Shown: positions 13,480 through 26,967, counted from the stretch's first letter. The stretch is DNA of 64,000 nt from Eledone cirrhosa (GCA_964016885.1 OZ024745.1:37324001-37388000); one strand, 5' to 3'. Numbers and translations are program-made. The notes: generated by a model not told the origin, from the sequence alone.

Positions 13480-14699
13480 GAGAAAGAGAGGGAGGAAGCA
13501 ATGAGAAGCAAGGAATTAAAATTTAGACAATAAATTTTTAATTGTATAACAAAGGGAAATGCACAAGCAGGGAAAAGACGATAATTGAGCTGACCACCAC
13601 AATCACCACCACCACCACCATCATCATCACCCCCACCGCCATCACTGCCCCCCCCCCCCCCCCCATCATCACTCCCCACCCCCCACCGACACCACCATCA
13701 CACCATCATCACCACCGATCTAGTTATTGAAACGGCCGGATCAGCCGTCGGGGTCCTGAATTTTTTCATATATATATATAACGTATGATTTATGAAGCAT
13801 AGTGAGTATTTGAATATTGAAAATGTGAGCGTCCCAAACGCAGCAAATGATTGTAATAATAATCGATCACTATGTAGAATAGTTGCAACAAGTGGGTAAA
13901 ATACACTTAGAGACTGTAAAATGTGATCAGAATCGCCTGCGGTGAGTCGAATCTCGTATCTCACATGTACATGTAAGTGTGTGTAGGTGTAAGCTTTCAG
14001 GTCAGGTCTCTGGTTTTATAATGCCTTAATCTCATTCTTCCACCAATATTGAAGGACTCTAAGAAAGGCTATGGGCACTGCTTTTCCTCCTGACTAAGTG
14101 ATAAATGAATCATATATTTCCTTTATCATTGCCAACAGAATTCTTTTATAAGAAATAGATGGTACGTTTCTAATTAAAAACACAAACAAACAATAAGCGC
14201 TAAACTTCTGATAGTGTATTTGGATCATCATTCTGACAACGTGTTTTAAACCTGACGGAGCCCATCCCTCTCCATGTCGTAACATAGCCGATTTCTTGCA
14301 GAGGAAGAATCAACCCAGTACTGAACTTGTATTTTATTTGGCGACCTGTAAAGGATGAAACGTAGCATTTAGTTTCGGCTCTTTACATTCTGAATTTAAT
14401 TCCTGCTGATCTTCAATTTCAATTTTCTGTGGTCGAGGAAATGAAGTTCCAGTCAAATAATGAGGTCAATATTGTCCGCTCCACAAAATTATTCGCCTTA
14501 TACCTAAATTAGAAATCATTATTTCTGCTCTGAGGTAGCGGGTCGTTAGAACGTCGGTTAGAACGCTTTGCAGTATTTGTTCAAATTTGCCGAGGTCTAC
14601 TTTACCTTTACCGTTTCGAAGTTGCTAAACAAAATACTGGTTCAGTAATTCGGTCAATTCTTCTGTTTCCCTTGTGCCTAAATCAAAGACCATCATTTT

Positions 14700-15000
14700 A
14701 GGCCTGTGCAGTAATGTTAGGGCGTTTGTCTTAGGATTTTGAGTTCGATTCCTGGTGACACATTGTGATCTTGAGCAAGACATTTTATTTCCCGTTGCTC
14801 CAGTCCACTCAGTTGGGGAAAATTGCACATGTAATTCAAAGGACCAATTTTGTCACACACTGTGTCATGCTGCATCCCCTCTGAGATCTACGTTAAGAGT
14901 ACACGTACCTGTGGATTGTTCAGTCACTTCCCCTTTCATTTCAGGAGCATTTTTTTGTTGCACCAACTGGAACTCTGGTCAGCGAAACCAGTGGATGTTT
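14700..15000 (+). mobile_element. tRNA-derived SINE, family B (diverged)
   Basis: GAGTTCGATTCC B-box followed by CTTGAGCAAGACATTTTATTTCCCGTTGCTCCAGTCCACTCAG core. Confidence 0.6.
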
Positions 15001-15635
15001 GACTCATATTTCAGTTTCTCCATGGTTAAGTACTGGATTTGAGGTAATCGACTTTTCCCACACATTATTTCAGCTTCTCCAGAGTAATGGATTGAGAGAT
15101 TTCTTAAAGCCAGGTTTCAATACAATTATTTCAGCTTCGCATTTTATGTTAACAGTTGTAAAGCAATGGACGTCACCTGCAGTAAAATAATCCTTTTTCC
15201 TTTCGCGGAACGTGAGAAATCTTCACTTCCTTTAACAACATTCATCAGGCCTAAAATAAAAACCTTAGACTATATAATTACATTAACTAATAATAATATT
15301 AACAATAATAATAATAGTACCTCCGAAAACCTTATTGAAAGAGAAATTTACACATAAAAATGAAATAAAATCGAAATGAAATAAACAAAATTGTATGAAA
15401 GAGATTCAAATAGAAATAGGAATTATAAATAGAAATTGTTTTTTGAATTTTATAAAATGATAAAATAAAATGAGAGGATCATTATAATTATAACAGGAAA
15501 CATGGGTTTTCTACTGCAAAATTTTGCAATTCAAGGCGAATAATTCAGTATTGTTAAAGAACCTAATGTTCATTTTTTACGAAATGGGGAATACACACAA
15601 GTACACACAGACACATTTGTATGTATATATGTATG

Positions 15636-16184
15636 TTTCTCTTTCTCTTAATTGCGAGTACATTTTTGACCGGCCACCTTCCTGGTGGCAAGGTTGTAAA
15701 AGAAAAGAAATTGCTATCTCCCGAATCGTAAGAATATTTTACAAATTTCGAAAGTGCCAGCTATCGCAACCATTTATATCCTATAAATTAGGGAACTGCG
15801 CTCTTTGTCTACAAATCCAAGTTCAGTCATACTTTGGTCCAAGCGGGTTGGTATATAACCTGTAGCTCCAATAATGATGAGTATGAAGCTGAAGTTGTAT
15901 CTTGGATACAATATCTGCAAAATCATCATCAATGGTCCGTAGATGTCCTCCTTCTCTTGTATTTTTCTTACGGTTGCGCTTTAATTTGGTGGGCGTTTTT
16001 ATTTTCAGGTTCTACCAGTATTCCTTAGTGCCATCCATCTCAACATATTCCTCCTCATTTGTTTTTAATCTTATTTTCCTAAGTGCGTTCCAGATGGTTC
16101 TAGCTATCACATCGTGTCTCATAGAGAGGTAGTAACAAGACGACATTCTTTAGCAGTTGGCAACAATGTGGCTATCATCTTCGT
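15636..16184 (-). mobile_element. Older, degenerate 3' fragment of the R4/Dong-type element
   Basis: Homologous to 16224-16845 with substitutions and an internal deletion near 15970; (TATG)n on both sides. Confidence 0.85.
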
Positions 16185-16223
16185 ATGTACGTATGTTTGT
16201 ATGTATGTATGTATGTATGTATG

Positions 16224-17965
16224 TTTTCTCTTTCTCTTAATTTCGAGTATATTTTTTTGACCGGCCACCTTCCTGGTGGCAAGGTTGTAAAAGAAAAGGA
16301 ATTGTCATCCCTTGAATTGCAAGAATGTTTTGCAAATTTTGAAGGTGCCAGCTATCGCAGACTATGAATTAGGAAGCTGCGCTTTTTGTCCGCAAATCCA
16401 AGTTCGGTCATACTTTGGTCCCAGCGGGTTGGTATATAACCCGTAGCACCAATAATGATGGGTATGAAGCTAAAGGTGTATCTTGGATACTGGATTTGTA
16501 AGCTCCTCATCAATGGTCCGTAGATGTCCTCCTTCTCCTGTATTTTTCTGACAACGTTTACATCAAGTGGGCAGCTGATCTCCACAACAGAACACGTTTT
16601 CAATGTGTGGTCCCAAACTACAATATCAGGCCGGTTGTGCTTTAATTTGGTGGCAGTTTTTATTTTCAGGTTCCACCAGTATTCCTTAGTGCCATCTGTC
16701 TCAATATATTCTTCCTCGTTTGTTGTTAATTTTGTTTTCCGAAGTGCGTTCCAGATAGTTCTAGCTATCCCATCGTGTCTCATGGGGAGGTAGTAGCGAG
16801 ATGACATTCTTTCGCAGCTGGCAACAATGTGGCTTACATCCTCGATCTTTGTTTTACATAGCCTACATTTATTGTCAGCTGCTGGCCCTCCTCTTTTGTG
16901 CAGCAGATATTTGGTAGGGAGTTCTTGTTCCTGTATTGCATAGAGATATCCCTCAAGGTGTGATGTCATAAACTTGTCGGAACTCCATGCCAGGCTTTTT
17001 GAGTGGTTTATCCCCTCTATGGTCTGTGTTTTACGCCTCAAGTATCCATGCCTAACTTTCTCTCTAAATTGGTCAATTTTTTTTTCTTGTTTGAACATTG
17101 AATAGGATCTTCCGATTTCTCTGGGTGAGAGATTTATATCAGGCTTTATTCCATATCTCTCCTCCAGATCAGTCGCTATTCTAATGATATTTCTTTTTTC
17201 ATGCTCATAAACCTGAGCAAGATGGTCGCCAACCTTTTTCCTCTGTTGAAGGTGTTGCTTCAGTGTTACTATCCGGGTCTCATATGTTGTTAATATTGAT
17301 TTTAGACCCCGGCCACCTTCCTTGCGTGAGAAGTATAGCCTATCCACATCACCATTGATGTTAAAGTTCCCAGTAACACTGAGAAGTTTTTGAGTTCTAA
17401 CATCCATCTCACTTAGTTCTTGCAATGACCAGTTCAGTAGGCCAAATGTTGGCGTTAGAATTGGCACAGCATAGGTATTGTGGGTAATGTATTTGTTGTA
17501 TGCTGACAGTTCTGATGACCATATTTTTTTTACTCTTCTGAGGTATTCAGTTCTGGTTCTCTCCTTATTTATGGGTCCATCATATCTGACATTCTCATCC
17601 TGTCCAAGATATCTGTAGTTGTCACCTGACTGCAGAGGTTGTATTGTCAGGCCGTTCATATCTAGATTTCTAGAGGAGGGCACATCTCTTCCACGTTTTA
17701 CTGCCAAATATGCACACTTGGACTCACCAAATTTCATTTTGATGTCGGTTGAAAATTGTGTAATGAGGTCCAATTGTTTCTTGATGTCATTGATATTTGG
17801 CCCATACAACTTCAGGTCATCAACAAAGAAAAGATGGGAGATACTTCTGGGCCCACTTCTTTGTCCACCATGTTTCCTGAGTAGGTAAGATAGTGGATTC
17901 AGTGAGAGAACGAAGAGTAGTACTGACAAGCTATCACCCTGAAAGATGCCCTTCTGGTAATGTAT
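16224..17965 (-). mobile_element. R4/Dong-type RLE non-LTR retrotransposon, 5'-truncated, young
   Basis: Same 3' UTR as the 9457 copy; both junctions in pure (TATG)n. Confidence 0.92.
16352..17962 (-). CDS. Partial RT / CCHC zinc knuckle / restriction-like endonuclease (PD-(D/E)xK) polyprotein
   Basis: [36 protein letters not shown]-like [48 protein letters not shown]; a 10-bp deletion near 16360 alters the C-terminus relative to the 9538 copy. Confidence 0.88.
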   Translation of the reverse strand, partial: HYQKGIFQGDSLSVLLFVLSLNPLSYLLRKHGGQRSGPRSISHLFFVDDLKLYGPNINDIKKQLDLITQFSTDIKMKFGESKCAYLAVKRGRDVPSSRNLDMNGLTIQPLQSGDNYRYLGQDENVRYDGPINKERTRTEYLRRVKKIWSSELSAYNKYITHNTYAVPILTPTFGLLNWSLQELSEMDVRTQKLLSVTGNFNINGDVDRLYFSRKEGGRGLKSILTTYETRIVTLKQHLQQRKKVGDHLAQVYEHEKRNIIRIATDLEERYGIKPDINLSPREIGRSYSMFKQEKKIDQFREKVRHGYLRRKTQTIEGINHSKSLAWSSDKFMTSHLEGYLYAIQEQELPTKYLLHKRGGPAADNKCRLCKTKIEDVSHIVASCERMSSRYYLPMRHDGIARTIWNALRKTKLTTNEEEYIETDGTKEYWWNLKIKTATKLKHNRPDIVVWDHTLKTCSVVEISCPLDVNVVRKIQEKEDIYGPLMRSLQIQYPRYTFSFIPIIIGATGYIPTRWDQSMTELGFADKKRSFLIHSLR

Positions 17966-18042
17966 GTATGTATGTATGTATGTATGTATGTATGTATGTA
18001 TGTATGTATGTATGTATGTATCTATGTATGTATGTATGTATG

Positions 18043-18646
18043 TCAGGTCACCAGTTGGTGGTACTGGTAACATGTATCCCAGTACAACCTGCCTCATGGT
18101 CGGGTCGTTGGCGACTAAACTGGCAACCCCACCAAGGTTTCTTGGTGAGGGGGGTGACTTTGGACATCCTGTAGGACTAAAAACAAAACCTGTCAAAGGG
18201 CAAAGGACCTCTTAAGAGTCAATGGCCATCCAAAAGCAGCGGGAGAGATGACCCCTTAGCCTTTGTCAAGGCAGAATTCTAGGAGAAGGAAAACTCGGAT
18301 GAAACACCTGCAACCCTGATGGTGTCCAATGATGTTGACGTGTTCTTCTTTTGGTAAATATCATCTTGGTTAAGAGAGTGGGACTGGCTTTGTGCAGTGC
18401 CTTGTTCACTATAAAAGCTTCACGGCACAGGCATTGCTTTATATCTGGAGATCTCTCTGCACTTGTCGTCACATGGTACCATGGGCCCAGCACTATGTGT
18501 CAATAATTGTCACAGGTGTATGACTGTACCAGAGTTTTCAAGTCGCTGGCTGGACTAAAAAGTCACACTCGTTCAGCGCATCGGTAGGGGTTCTCCTACA
18601 TGGATATAAAGTAATGGCTGTACTCGAAAACGAGTTGGCAGCCACC
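18043..18646 (+). mobile_element. Non-autonomous RTE-tailed retroposon, subfamily 1
   Basis: Structured 5' end related to 19087; 3' stem-loop CTCG-AAAA-CGAG followed by (ATGT)n; no meaningful ORF. Confidence 0.65.
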
Positions 18647-18738
18647 ATGTATGTATGTATGTATGTATGTATGTATGTATGTATGTATGTATGTATGTAT
18701 GTATGTATGTATGTATGTATGTATGTATGTATGTATGT

Positions 18739-19027
18739 ATCATCTTGGTTAAGAGAGTGGGACTAGCTTTGTGCAGTGCCTTTGCTCACTATAAAAGCTT
18801 CACGGCACAGGCATTGCTTTATATCTGGAGATCTCTCTGCACTTGTCGTCACATGGTACCATGGGCCCAGCACTATGTGTCAATAATTGTCACAAGTGTA
18901 GTGTTTGTACCAGAGTTTTCAAGTCGCTGGCTGGACTAAAAAGTCACACTCGTTCAGCACATCGGTAGGGGTTCTCTTACATGGATATAAAGTAGTGGCC
19001 GTACTCGAAAACGAGTTGGTAGCCACC
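18739..19027 (+). mobile_element. 5'-truncated tandem copy of 18043-18646
   Basis: Near-identical to 18360-18646; (ATGT)n tail. Confidence 0.8.
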
Positions 19028-19086
19028 ATGTATGTACGTACGTATGTATGTATGTATGTATGTATGTATGTATATATTCTACCATT

Positions 19087-19750
19087 ATGTCGGGTCACTC
19101 TTGAGTGCAACTGGTAACATGTAACCCAGTACAACCTATCGCACGGTCGCGTCGTCGGCGACTAAACCGGCAACCCCACCAAGTTTACTTGGTGAGGAGG
19201 GTTGACCCTGCAGGACAAAAAACAAAACCTGACAAAGGGCGAAAGAACTCATAAGAGTCAACGGCCATCCAAATGTGTGTAAATATGTATATACACATGT
19301 ACATATGTATGTATATGTATGTATATGTGTATATACGTGGGTGCATGTGTATGTATATGTATGTATATGTGAATTTACATGGGTGCATGTGTATGTATAT
19401 GCGCGGGGACATAGAAATAGTCCGGCTGGACACCCGATCGCGCGATTAAACCACAGGGGTGAAGGACCCCTAGCCTTTGTCAGGGTATTCTTCTAGGAGA
19501 AGGCAACTCAGGAAACTGGAATAACTCCGATATAAAACCTGCGGCTCAGTAGTAACCGATGATGTTGATCTTTTCTTCTTTTCGGGTTATAGCTAATGTC
19601 GCTCAGAGAGTGGGATTGGCTCAGTGCACAATCTTTCCTCACTTAAAAAAATATCTTCACGCACAGGCATTGTACAATAGAATTGATTAATAATATTAAT
19701 AATGCTATATCGTGCAATGGCCATACTCGATAACGAGGGGAACAGCCATC
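19087..19750 (+). mobile_element. Non-autonomous RTE-tailed retroposon, subfamily 2
   Basis: Second copy at 6720-7231; 3' stem-loop CTCG-ATAA-CGAG followed by (ATGT)n; internal microsatellite 19275-19400. Confidence 0.7.
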
Positions 19751-20231
19751 ATGTATGTATGTATGTATCTATCTATCTATCTATCTATTTGTGTGTTTAT
19801 ACTGTAATATGGGTCAAAGTGAGTGAGGAATGAGAGAATAAACGAGTGGAAACAAAAACAATGAAAGCACTACCGTACACCATGTTCTTTAACTGTCTCC
19901 ATTGGACCAGTTTCGCATAATTCTGAACAGTACTGTGTTTTATCACGCTGGAATACGCAGTGCTAAATCTAACACTGGTCAGGTAATAGACGAACGAATA
20001 TATAACATTACCAGAACGAAAACCAATACTTGAATGATAAACTGAGTCGTGGAAACATGAGTAAATCACAAGCAGAGATACAAATATAGAATAAATAAAT
20101 CTATATTTACACCGGTCGTTAAAATGTGATCAAACACGAAAGCGTTATACTAATATACTGTTATTGCCATTTTGTTTTGTCGTATATTACACACAGACGC
20201 GTGTGCACTCATACATACATTGCATATATAA

Positions 20232-20262
<31 letters not shown>

Positions 20263-21523
20263 CGTGCGTATGTGTGCATTTGCGCGCGTGTTTATTTATG
20301 TGTGTTTCTATGATTGATCCTCTGTCGGTTTCGACGAAGAGCATTCAATCGTTTGATCAAATAATCGTTTGACTCGTGAAATACCGTGTAAATGGCTGAG
20401 TATTTCGTAGAACATATTCCAGAGGTGTGAATAAGATAGGACCCAGGCCCTTATAATAGAGAACCGAAATTCCTAACTATTCGGCCTTACTATTTCCAAA
20501 GAATCTAACACTTATACTACAGGCAGATATTTCAAACATACATTGTGTCTAATAATACATAGCCAATGGCATCGGCAAATGTTCAAATCTAGCCTTCTAC
20601 CGAATATATATACACATATATATATATATATAAGTTGACGGAACTAGCAGAGGTATCACTGCTGGGATATATATATATATAGAGAGAGAGAATGAGAATT
20701 AGAAAGATTACTGAAGAACACAACACACAACCTAGTCCATGAATCGAACCTACATTATGCTCGTAAGTCCAACACGCTTATCACTATTGTGCTGAACCTC
20801 TGAACTTATCTGACATTCTAACGACCCTGCCACTTCGTCGCCTTGTATTTTATTTAAATACAACCTATTTTGTATATCCAGTCACTGAATCCCCCTAAGA
20901 TTTACGAAACTGTTGATTCGTTAAAATGTTGAATATAAATGTTGAATATAAATCTGTGTAATACTATTTGCACTCTGAGTTCAAATCTTGTCTAGGGCAA
21001 ATTTGACTTTCATCTATTCGAAGTTGATAGGTAATGTACCAAATCAGTACAGGGGTAGATTCATCTCTTAATTTATGCCTTTCTCTCTCTCTCTCCCCCC
21101 TCTCTCTTTCTTCCCCATCCCCTCTCTCTCTCACGCACACACACATATACACATATATACATTCGTGTCTGTGAAATGCTTAGCCATTTACATTTTATGG
21201 TTTTATGGTCTTTTATCAAACAACTGGAACATTCATTGCTGAAACCGAAGAATGTACATTCATTCGTGTATACTGTATTAATATTGTGACTTTTCTCTTG
21301 CGGTTTGTGTTTGCGGGACTATTTTTCCTGGATTCTTCTGTAGAGAGACAACTATTTTCAGCACATATGCGACAGCTAGAAAATTTACCTATTTAACTCA
21401 ATGATTCTTGTTTTGTTGTAGAAACATTTGTTTATGATTATCAACAAATTTCGTTCTGTAACATATATTTTCATCACTTCGAAAATATCTCATAATTGTT
21501 TATTCTTTTAATTTATCTCTCTC

Positions 21524-21607
<84 letters not shown>

Positions 21608-21824
21608 TCTCTCTCTCTCTATCACCTGCACCACTTTCTCTACTATACGTTCCTAACATATCTTCTTTCTTTCACATTTAACTCAATATGTTTTGTTTTT
21701 CTCGTCTTTTGTGAATAAAACCTTGTTTTAATTCCCTATGTATGTTTCAGAAGAAAATTGTGTTTTAGAAGTTAACCAATCACTAAAATTATTTTTGTTT
21801 TCATATATTCAATTATTAGTTCAA

Positions 21825-21864
<40 letters not shown>

Positions 21865-22113
21865 AATGCATATATATATGCATTTATATATAAATGCATA
21901 TATATATATGCATTTATATATATATATATGTATATATATATGCATTTATATATATATATATATGTATATTTATACATATATATATATTATATATATATAT
22001 ATATATATGCATATATATATATGTATGTATATATATATACATGTATATATATACATATATATATATATATGTATATCTTCGTATATGTGTGTGTGTGTGT
22101 ATGTATCTATCTA

Positions 22114-22156
<43 letters not shown>

Positions 22157-22271
22157 ATGTGTGTATCTATATATATATACACACACACATATATATAAAT
22201 ATATATACAGACACACATATATATATAAATATATATCATTACATATATATTTATATGTATATCATTATATA

Positions 22272-22338
<67 letters not shown>

Positions 22339-22836
22339 TAATTGTATATATATATATATATATATATAATACCCAAATTACCAAAATTGTTATGTACGAT
22401 ATTGTCGACGTGCGGCTGTTCCGAGTACACGTTACTTCAAATCACTCCACTTAATGGCACCAAACAACAAATAATAAGAAATAATAAAGAATAGCTGATA
22501 GAAGACTTAAATTAACTTGAAATGATTGGAAAGACATATATTTGGAAACAGAATTGTGGTGACAGTTGCAAATATTCTCTCGGTGTATTCAAATCATTTA
22601 TTTCCCTTATTTTCGTTTCGTCGTGCTTCGTTCATGTCACATAGTTTCCATATAAAAGAGCTTATGATATATACATACGCACACACATCCACAGACATAC
22701 GTACGCGCACACATCAACAGACACACATATATACACATACACACAAACATGCATATATGCATGTATATATATATATTTATGTGTGCATACATATATATAC
22801 ATGTATATATATATATATTTATGTGTATACATATAT

Positions 22837-22907
<71 letters not shown>

Positions 22908-23072
22908 AAAAAGAAAAACGAACACAGACATATACATATATGTGTTCAAATCGCAAGGGACCAGATTCGCTAAGGTGAAAAGAATACTAACTATAGACAA
23001 TAGGGTTTGCCAGACTCAATTTAAGAATAAATCAAGAAAGTAAATACAAACTGGAATTGTGGTAACTACCAA

Positions 23073-23152
23073 TCACCCGGACAGCTTTGATAATACTGTT
23101 TCGCAATATTAATTGTGAAGAAGAATACCAATTCTTGCTCATCAGCGGGTGA
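23073..23152 (-). ncRNA. Hammerhead ribozyme motif (inverted arm copy)
   Basis: Mirror of 23473-23552. Confidence 0.8.
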
Positions 23153-23472
23153 AGAATTATTAGTATCATGGTCACTTCTAAGTATATAAAAAAACTGAAT
23201 AGTGTGCGTATATACGGCTCGAAAAAATCTCTTTCCTAGCGCTAATTTATTGTAAGAGACTATTTTGAGTTTCTAACTCAATATATACCTTTGATATATT
23301 AGGCTCCGTTAATTCGTCGAGCTAATTCAAATGTCGAGTAAACCCGGCTGCTATTTTTAGTGGTGTGAGTTTGTGAGACACTCTAAGTTCAGATACCATG
23401 TGCGTTGATATATATACGCACACTATTCAGTTTTTTAATGTACTTAGAAGTGACTAGGATACTAATAATTCT

Positions 23473-23552
23473 TCACCCGCTGATGAGCAAGAATTGGTAT
23501 TCCTCTTCACAATTAATATTGCGAAACAGTATTATCAAAGCTGTCCGGGTGA
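23473..23552 (+). ncRNA. Type I hammerhead ribozyme with GUC cleavage triplet
   Basis: TCACCCG-CTGATGA-GCAA..TTGC-GAAA-CAG..CTG-TC-CGGGTGA; all three stems pair. Confidence 0.85.
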
Positions 23553-23724
23553 TTGGTAGTTACCACAATTCCGATTTGTATTTACTTTCTTGATTTATAC
23601 ACATATATGTATGTCTGTGTTCGTTTTTTTCTTTTTTGTTGAGTGTACGGCTCGGATAAATCTCTTTCCTAGAGCTAATTTATTGTAAGAGACTATTTTG
23701 AGTTTCTAACTCAATATACACCTT

Positions 23725-23792
<68 letters not shown>

Positions 23793-24059
23793 TAAAACAT
23801 GTCTATAGAATCACAAGATAAAATATATACTATTTCCTCTCCCAATTAGCATAATTAACCATATAAAAAATCGAATAGACCATGCTATAAGAATGAGGCT
23901 TCTATGAAGAAATCGCCGACAAATAACCGAAACTAGCGCTTCGGGTCGGCCGTAGCGGAATATTTATCGAATATTTCAACAGCGTAATCGCCCAGATATA
24001 GTCAACTAAACAGAATTAGGTGTAAAATAAACTAGGAGAAAATAGAATACATTTAAATA

Positions 24060-24146
24060 CCTCTACCATGGTTTCGTCCGTATTTTGAGTTTTCAAATAA
24101 TTATGTAGTAATTATATAAACTCGAGCGCCGGATTCATCAGGAAGC
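24060..24146 (-). ncRNA. Minimal type I hammerhead ribozyme motif with long stem II
   Basis: Reverse: CTTC-CTGATGA-ATCCG..CGGAC-GAAA-CCATGG-TA-GAGG; stem III palindrome ACCATGGT. Confidence 0.75.
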
Positions 24147-24284
24147 TCGCTCTTATCTAGACACTAAATTTTCCAAAGTGATCGCGCCAAGAAATTCATT
24201 TCAAAATGGCTAAAAATCGTGACGTAGTCGCGGTCAGGTTGGAAGGGGTGTATATATATATATATATATATAGGAAAAGGGTCA

Positions 24285-24383
24285 GGACCCCGACGGCTGA
24301 GCTCCGGCCGTCTCGACAGCTAGATCTGAGCTAAACCAGTAGTATTAGAACGGTAGGGGCCTAGCTGAACTTATCAAGGGGTA
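24285..24383 (-). ncRNA. Decayed full-length hammerhead of the 3511/26309/32691 family
   Basis: Reverse: ACCCC-TTGATAA-GTTCAGCTAG..CTAGCTGTC-GAGA-CGGC..GCCG-TC-GGGGT; both core boxes mutated, stems retained. Confidence 0.6.
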
Positions 24384-24525
24384 CAGTCCATAGATGGGCA
24401 TGCAATCAAAACACAATAGATATATACATATATATATATACCTCCCCCACACACACACTCTCAAGAGCGTGAAACTAATAAACCTTTGTTTGTACTGCCT
24501 CTCTGTTTTGTTCCCGTTCCATTTT

Positions 24526-24588
<63 letters not shown>

Positions 24589-25850
24589 GATGGAAACGAT
24601 GCGGTGCTTCGTCTGAGTAACGGTTCCTGTTCAGCGCTAAGTAAGGCTAATTTCAAGAAAAGCTATTTATATAGCGATACCTCAAATAAACCGTGATTCA
24701 GATTAAAAGAGTTTATGGTTCCATACATATGTTTATGTGTAAGAAACATGTTAACAGTTAATGTGGTGGCTCGCAACTAAGTGGTTAGGCGGAGAAGTCA
24801 AGAGGTCTGCTGCTTGGGGTGTTGGAATTATGATCGAATTGTCGTGGGATTCATTCCTTTACCGAGCGGCACAGTGTGATCTTGAGCAAAACACTTTATT
24901 TCATGTTGCTCCAGTCAACTCAGTTGAATATGAATAGCAGCAGTAGCGGGCGGTTAACCCTACAATGGACTTTTTTTTGTATGTCAATAAACTCGGATTT
25001 CGTTCCGCGTTCGAGCTAGACATTTTTTTTTTTTTTTTTTTTTTTCATTTTTTTCATTTTTTTCTTTTTTTATTTCATTTTTTTTTTTTCATAATAAACA
25101 TACATTTAGTCTAGATGTGACTATTTTAAGCTGTGATCTTTTATATAGTATATGGCGGCAATTTTGCAGAGACGTTAGAAAGCTTTGTGGTATTCGTTTC
25201 GTTTCTCTGCTCTCTGAGTTCAAATCCTGCCGAGGTCAACTTTGTCTTTCATCAATTCGAGGTCGATAAAAAAGTACCAGTGAAGTACGGGCTTCGATTT
25301 TTACTCTTTATTTCTTTCTCACTTCTATTCTCTGACGTTCTATCCTTCTCTGGAATGAATCTGCTGTATTCAAATCTGGAGAAGTGATAGGCTCCGCCAT
25401 GTTTAAAAATAATCTAGAAACGACGTATGTCAATACTACGCCCCTATAACTCTCCCAGGAGTTACGGGACTATACATGCATTATATGTAGGTGTATATAC
25501 ACCCATATTATTAAGCTATAAGGAAGTTCATGTTTTGTCACAAATATTAATACCACAGATGGAAGCTATTTTAAAGAAGAATCGAAATTCAGTCCATTGG
25601 GACGTTCTTTCTTGTAACATGTTTTTTGTACGAGTTAATAGGGTAATTTGGCATGTTAAAAATAGCAGCTAAATCTCCTTTCAATTTCCCCTTACTGTCT
25701 TGAGAATGAAGTGACACACACGATGGATGAGGTAGTTCTAGATGGGCAATACATAAGAAAATGAAGGGCTGATAATCATAGATTTAACGCCACTGAGGTC
25801 TGCTTAGCCGATTCTGTCCTGGGGTTAAATAACCAGGTATCTCAGTAACA

Positions 25851-25963
25851 TTCTTCTTCTTCTTCTTCTTCTTCTTCTTCTTCTTCTTCTTCTTCTTCTT
25901 CTTCTTTTCTTCTTCTTCTTCTTCTTACTGCTGCTGCTGCTACTGCTGCTGCTGCTGCTGCTG

Positions 25964-26023
<60 letters not shown>
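25851..26023. repeat. Compound microsatellite (TTC)n(CTG)n(CTA)n
   Basis: Directly visible. Confidence 0.95.
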
Positions 26024-26024
<1 letters not shown>

Positions 26025-26058
26025 ACATAGGTATGTATGAATATTTATACATATATTA

Positions 26059-26245
26059 TGGTGGATTGGCAGTATCGGTAGAGGGTCGGACGCCATGCTT
26101 TCCAGCATAGTTACGTCCCTTTACGATCTGAGTTCAAATCCCGCCGAGGTTGACTTTGCCTTTCATCCTTACGGGGTCGATAAAATAAAGTACCAGTAAT
26201 GCACTGGGTAATTGCTGGCCTTGTGCCTAAAAGTAGAAACAATTA
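26059..26245 (+). mobile_element. tRNA-derived SINE, family A
   Basis: Near-identical to 11938-12123. Confidence 0.85.
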
Positions 26246-26308
26246 TCTATGTCTGAGAAAAGTAAACGAATAAACCATCTCTCTCTATATATATTTATAT
26301 ATATATAT

Positions 26309-26492
26309 AACGAAGGAAGTGTGGTAAGGAACCATAACGCACCAGAGTACTCAATACTTAGGGCAGTAGAGTGGGTAATAGGAAAATATTCAACCCCGAC
26401 GACAGAGCTCAAGCCGTTTCGACGGCTATTTCTGGACTCAGAAATAGCCGTCGAAACGGCTTGAGCTCTGCCGTCGAGGTTGAACATTTTCA
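26309..26492 (-). mobile_element. Fold-back PLE-derived mini-element (half-HHR family)
   Basis: Tail 26309-26378; palindrome centred on ATTTCTG-GACT-CAGAAAT; (TA)n flanks. Confidence 0.75.
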
Positions 26493-26967
26493 TATATATA
26501 TATATATATATATATATGTGAAAAAATGGGGAGAAGAATACTGCTGGTTGCACATGGATAACATGTAATAAAATAAGTCCCTCATCAGTGATTTGCCGAC
26601 GATCATAGATATTTCATTGCATTAAAAATCATATACCTCACGTCGGTGCAATAATAACTAAATTAAGTTATTAGGACAATTAAAACGCGTAAAGTGAGTG
26701 AGACAAGATAACAACAAAGAGGATAGCTAACCGTAGAACGAAGGAGACAAGCTTCATAGTTATTCTGTTAGCATAAGCTAGGTGAATATATGAGCGCTTA
26801 GAAAAAAGACCTTTCAGCAGCGAATTCAAATGTGAGAGAGAGAAAATGATTTCGTCGCGAACGGGGTGAAGTGAGAAGAGGAGAAACAGTGAGTGAGTGA
26901 GTGGAAGTGAGGAAGAGTTAACTGACATGACAGAGGGGGCGAAAGAAAGCAGGAGAAACAGAGAGAG

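Larger units (their letters stand above)
22905..23730. mobile_element. Complex fold-back PLE-derived element with two inverted hammerheads
   Basis: Inverted arms about 23028-23213 / 23410-23598 and 22905-22944 / 23599-23639; direct repeat 23213-23298 / 23646-23730; (TA)n on both sides. Confidence 0.75.

Noticed and set aside
17963-18196. N-terminal ~78 aa of the 614-aa ORF
   Set aside because: Read-through of (ACAT)n and the antisense strand of the neighbouring element; not part of the R4 protein.
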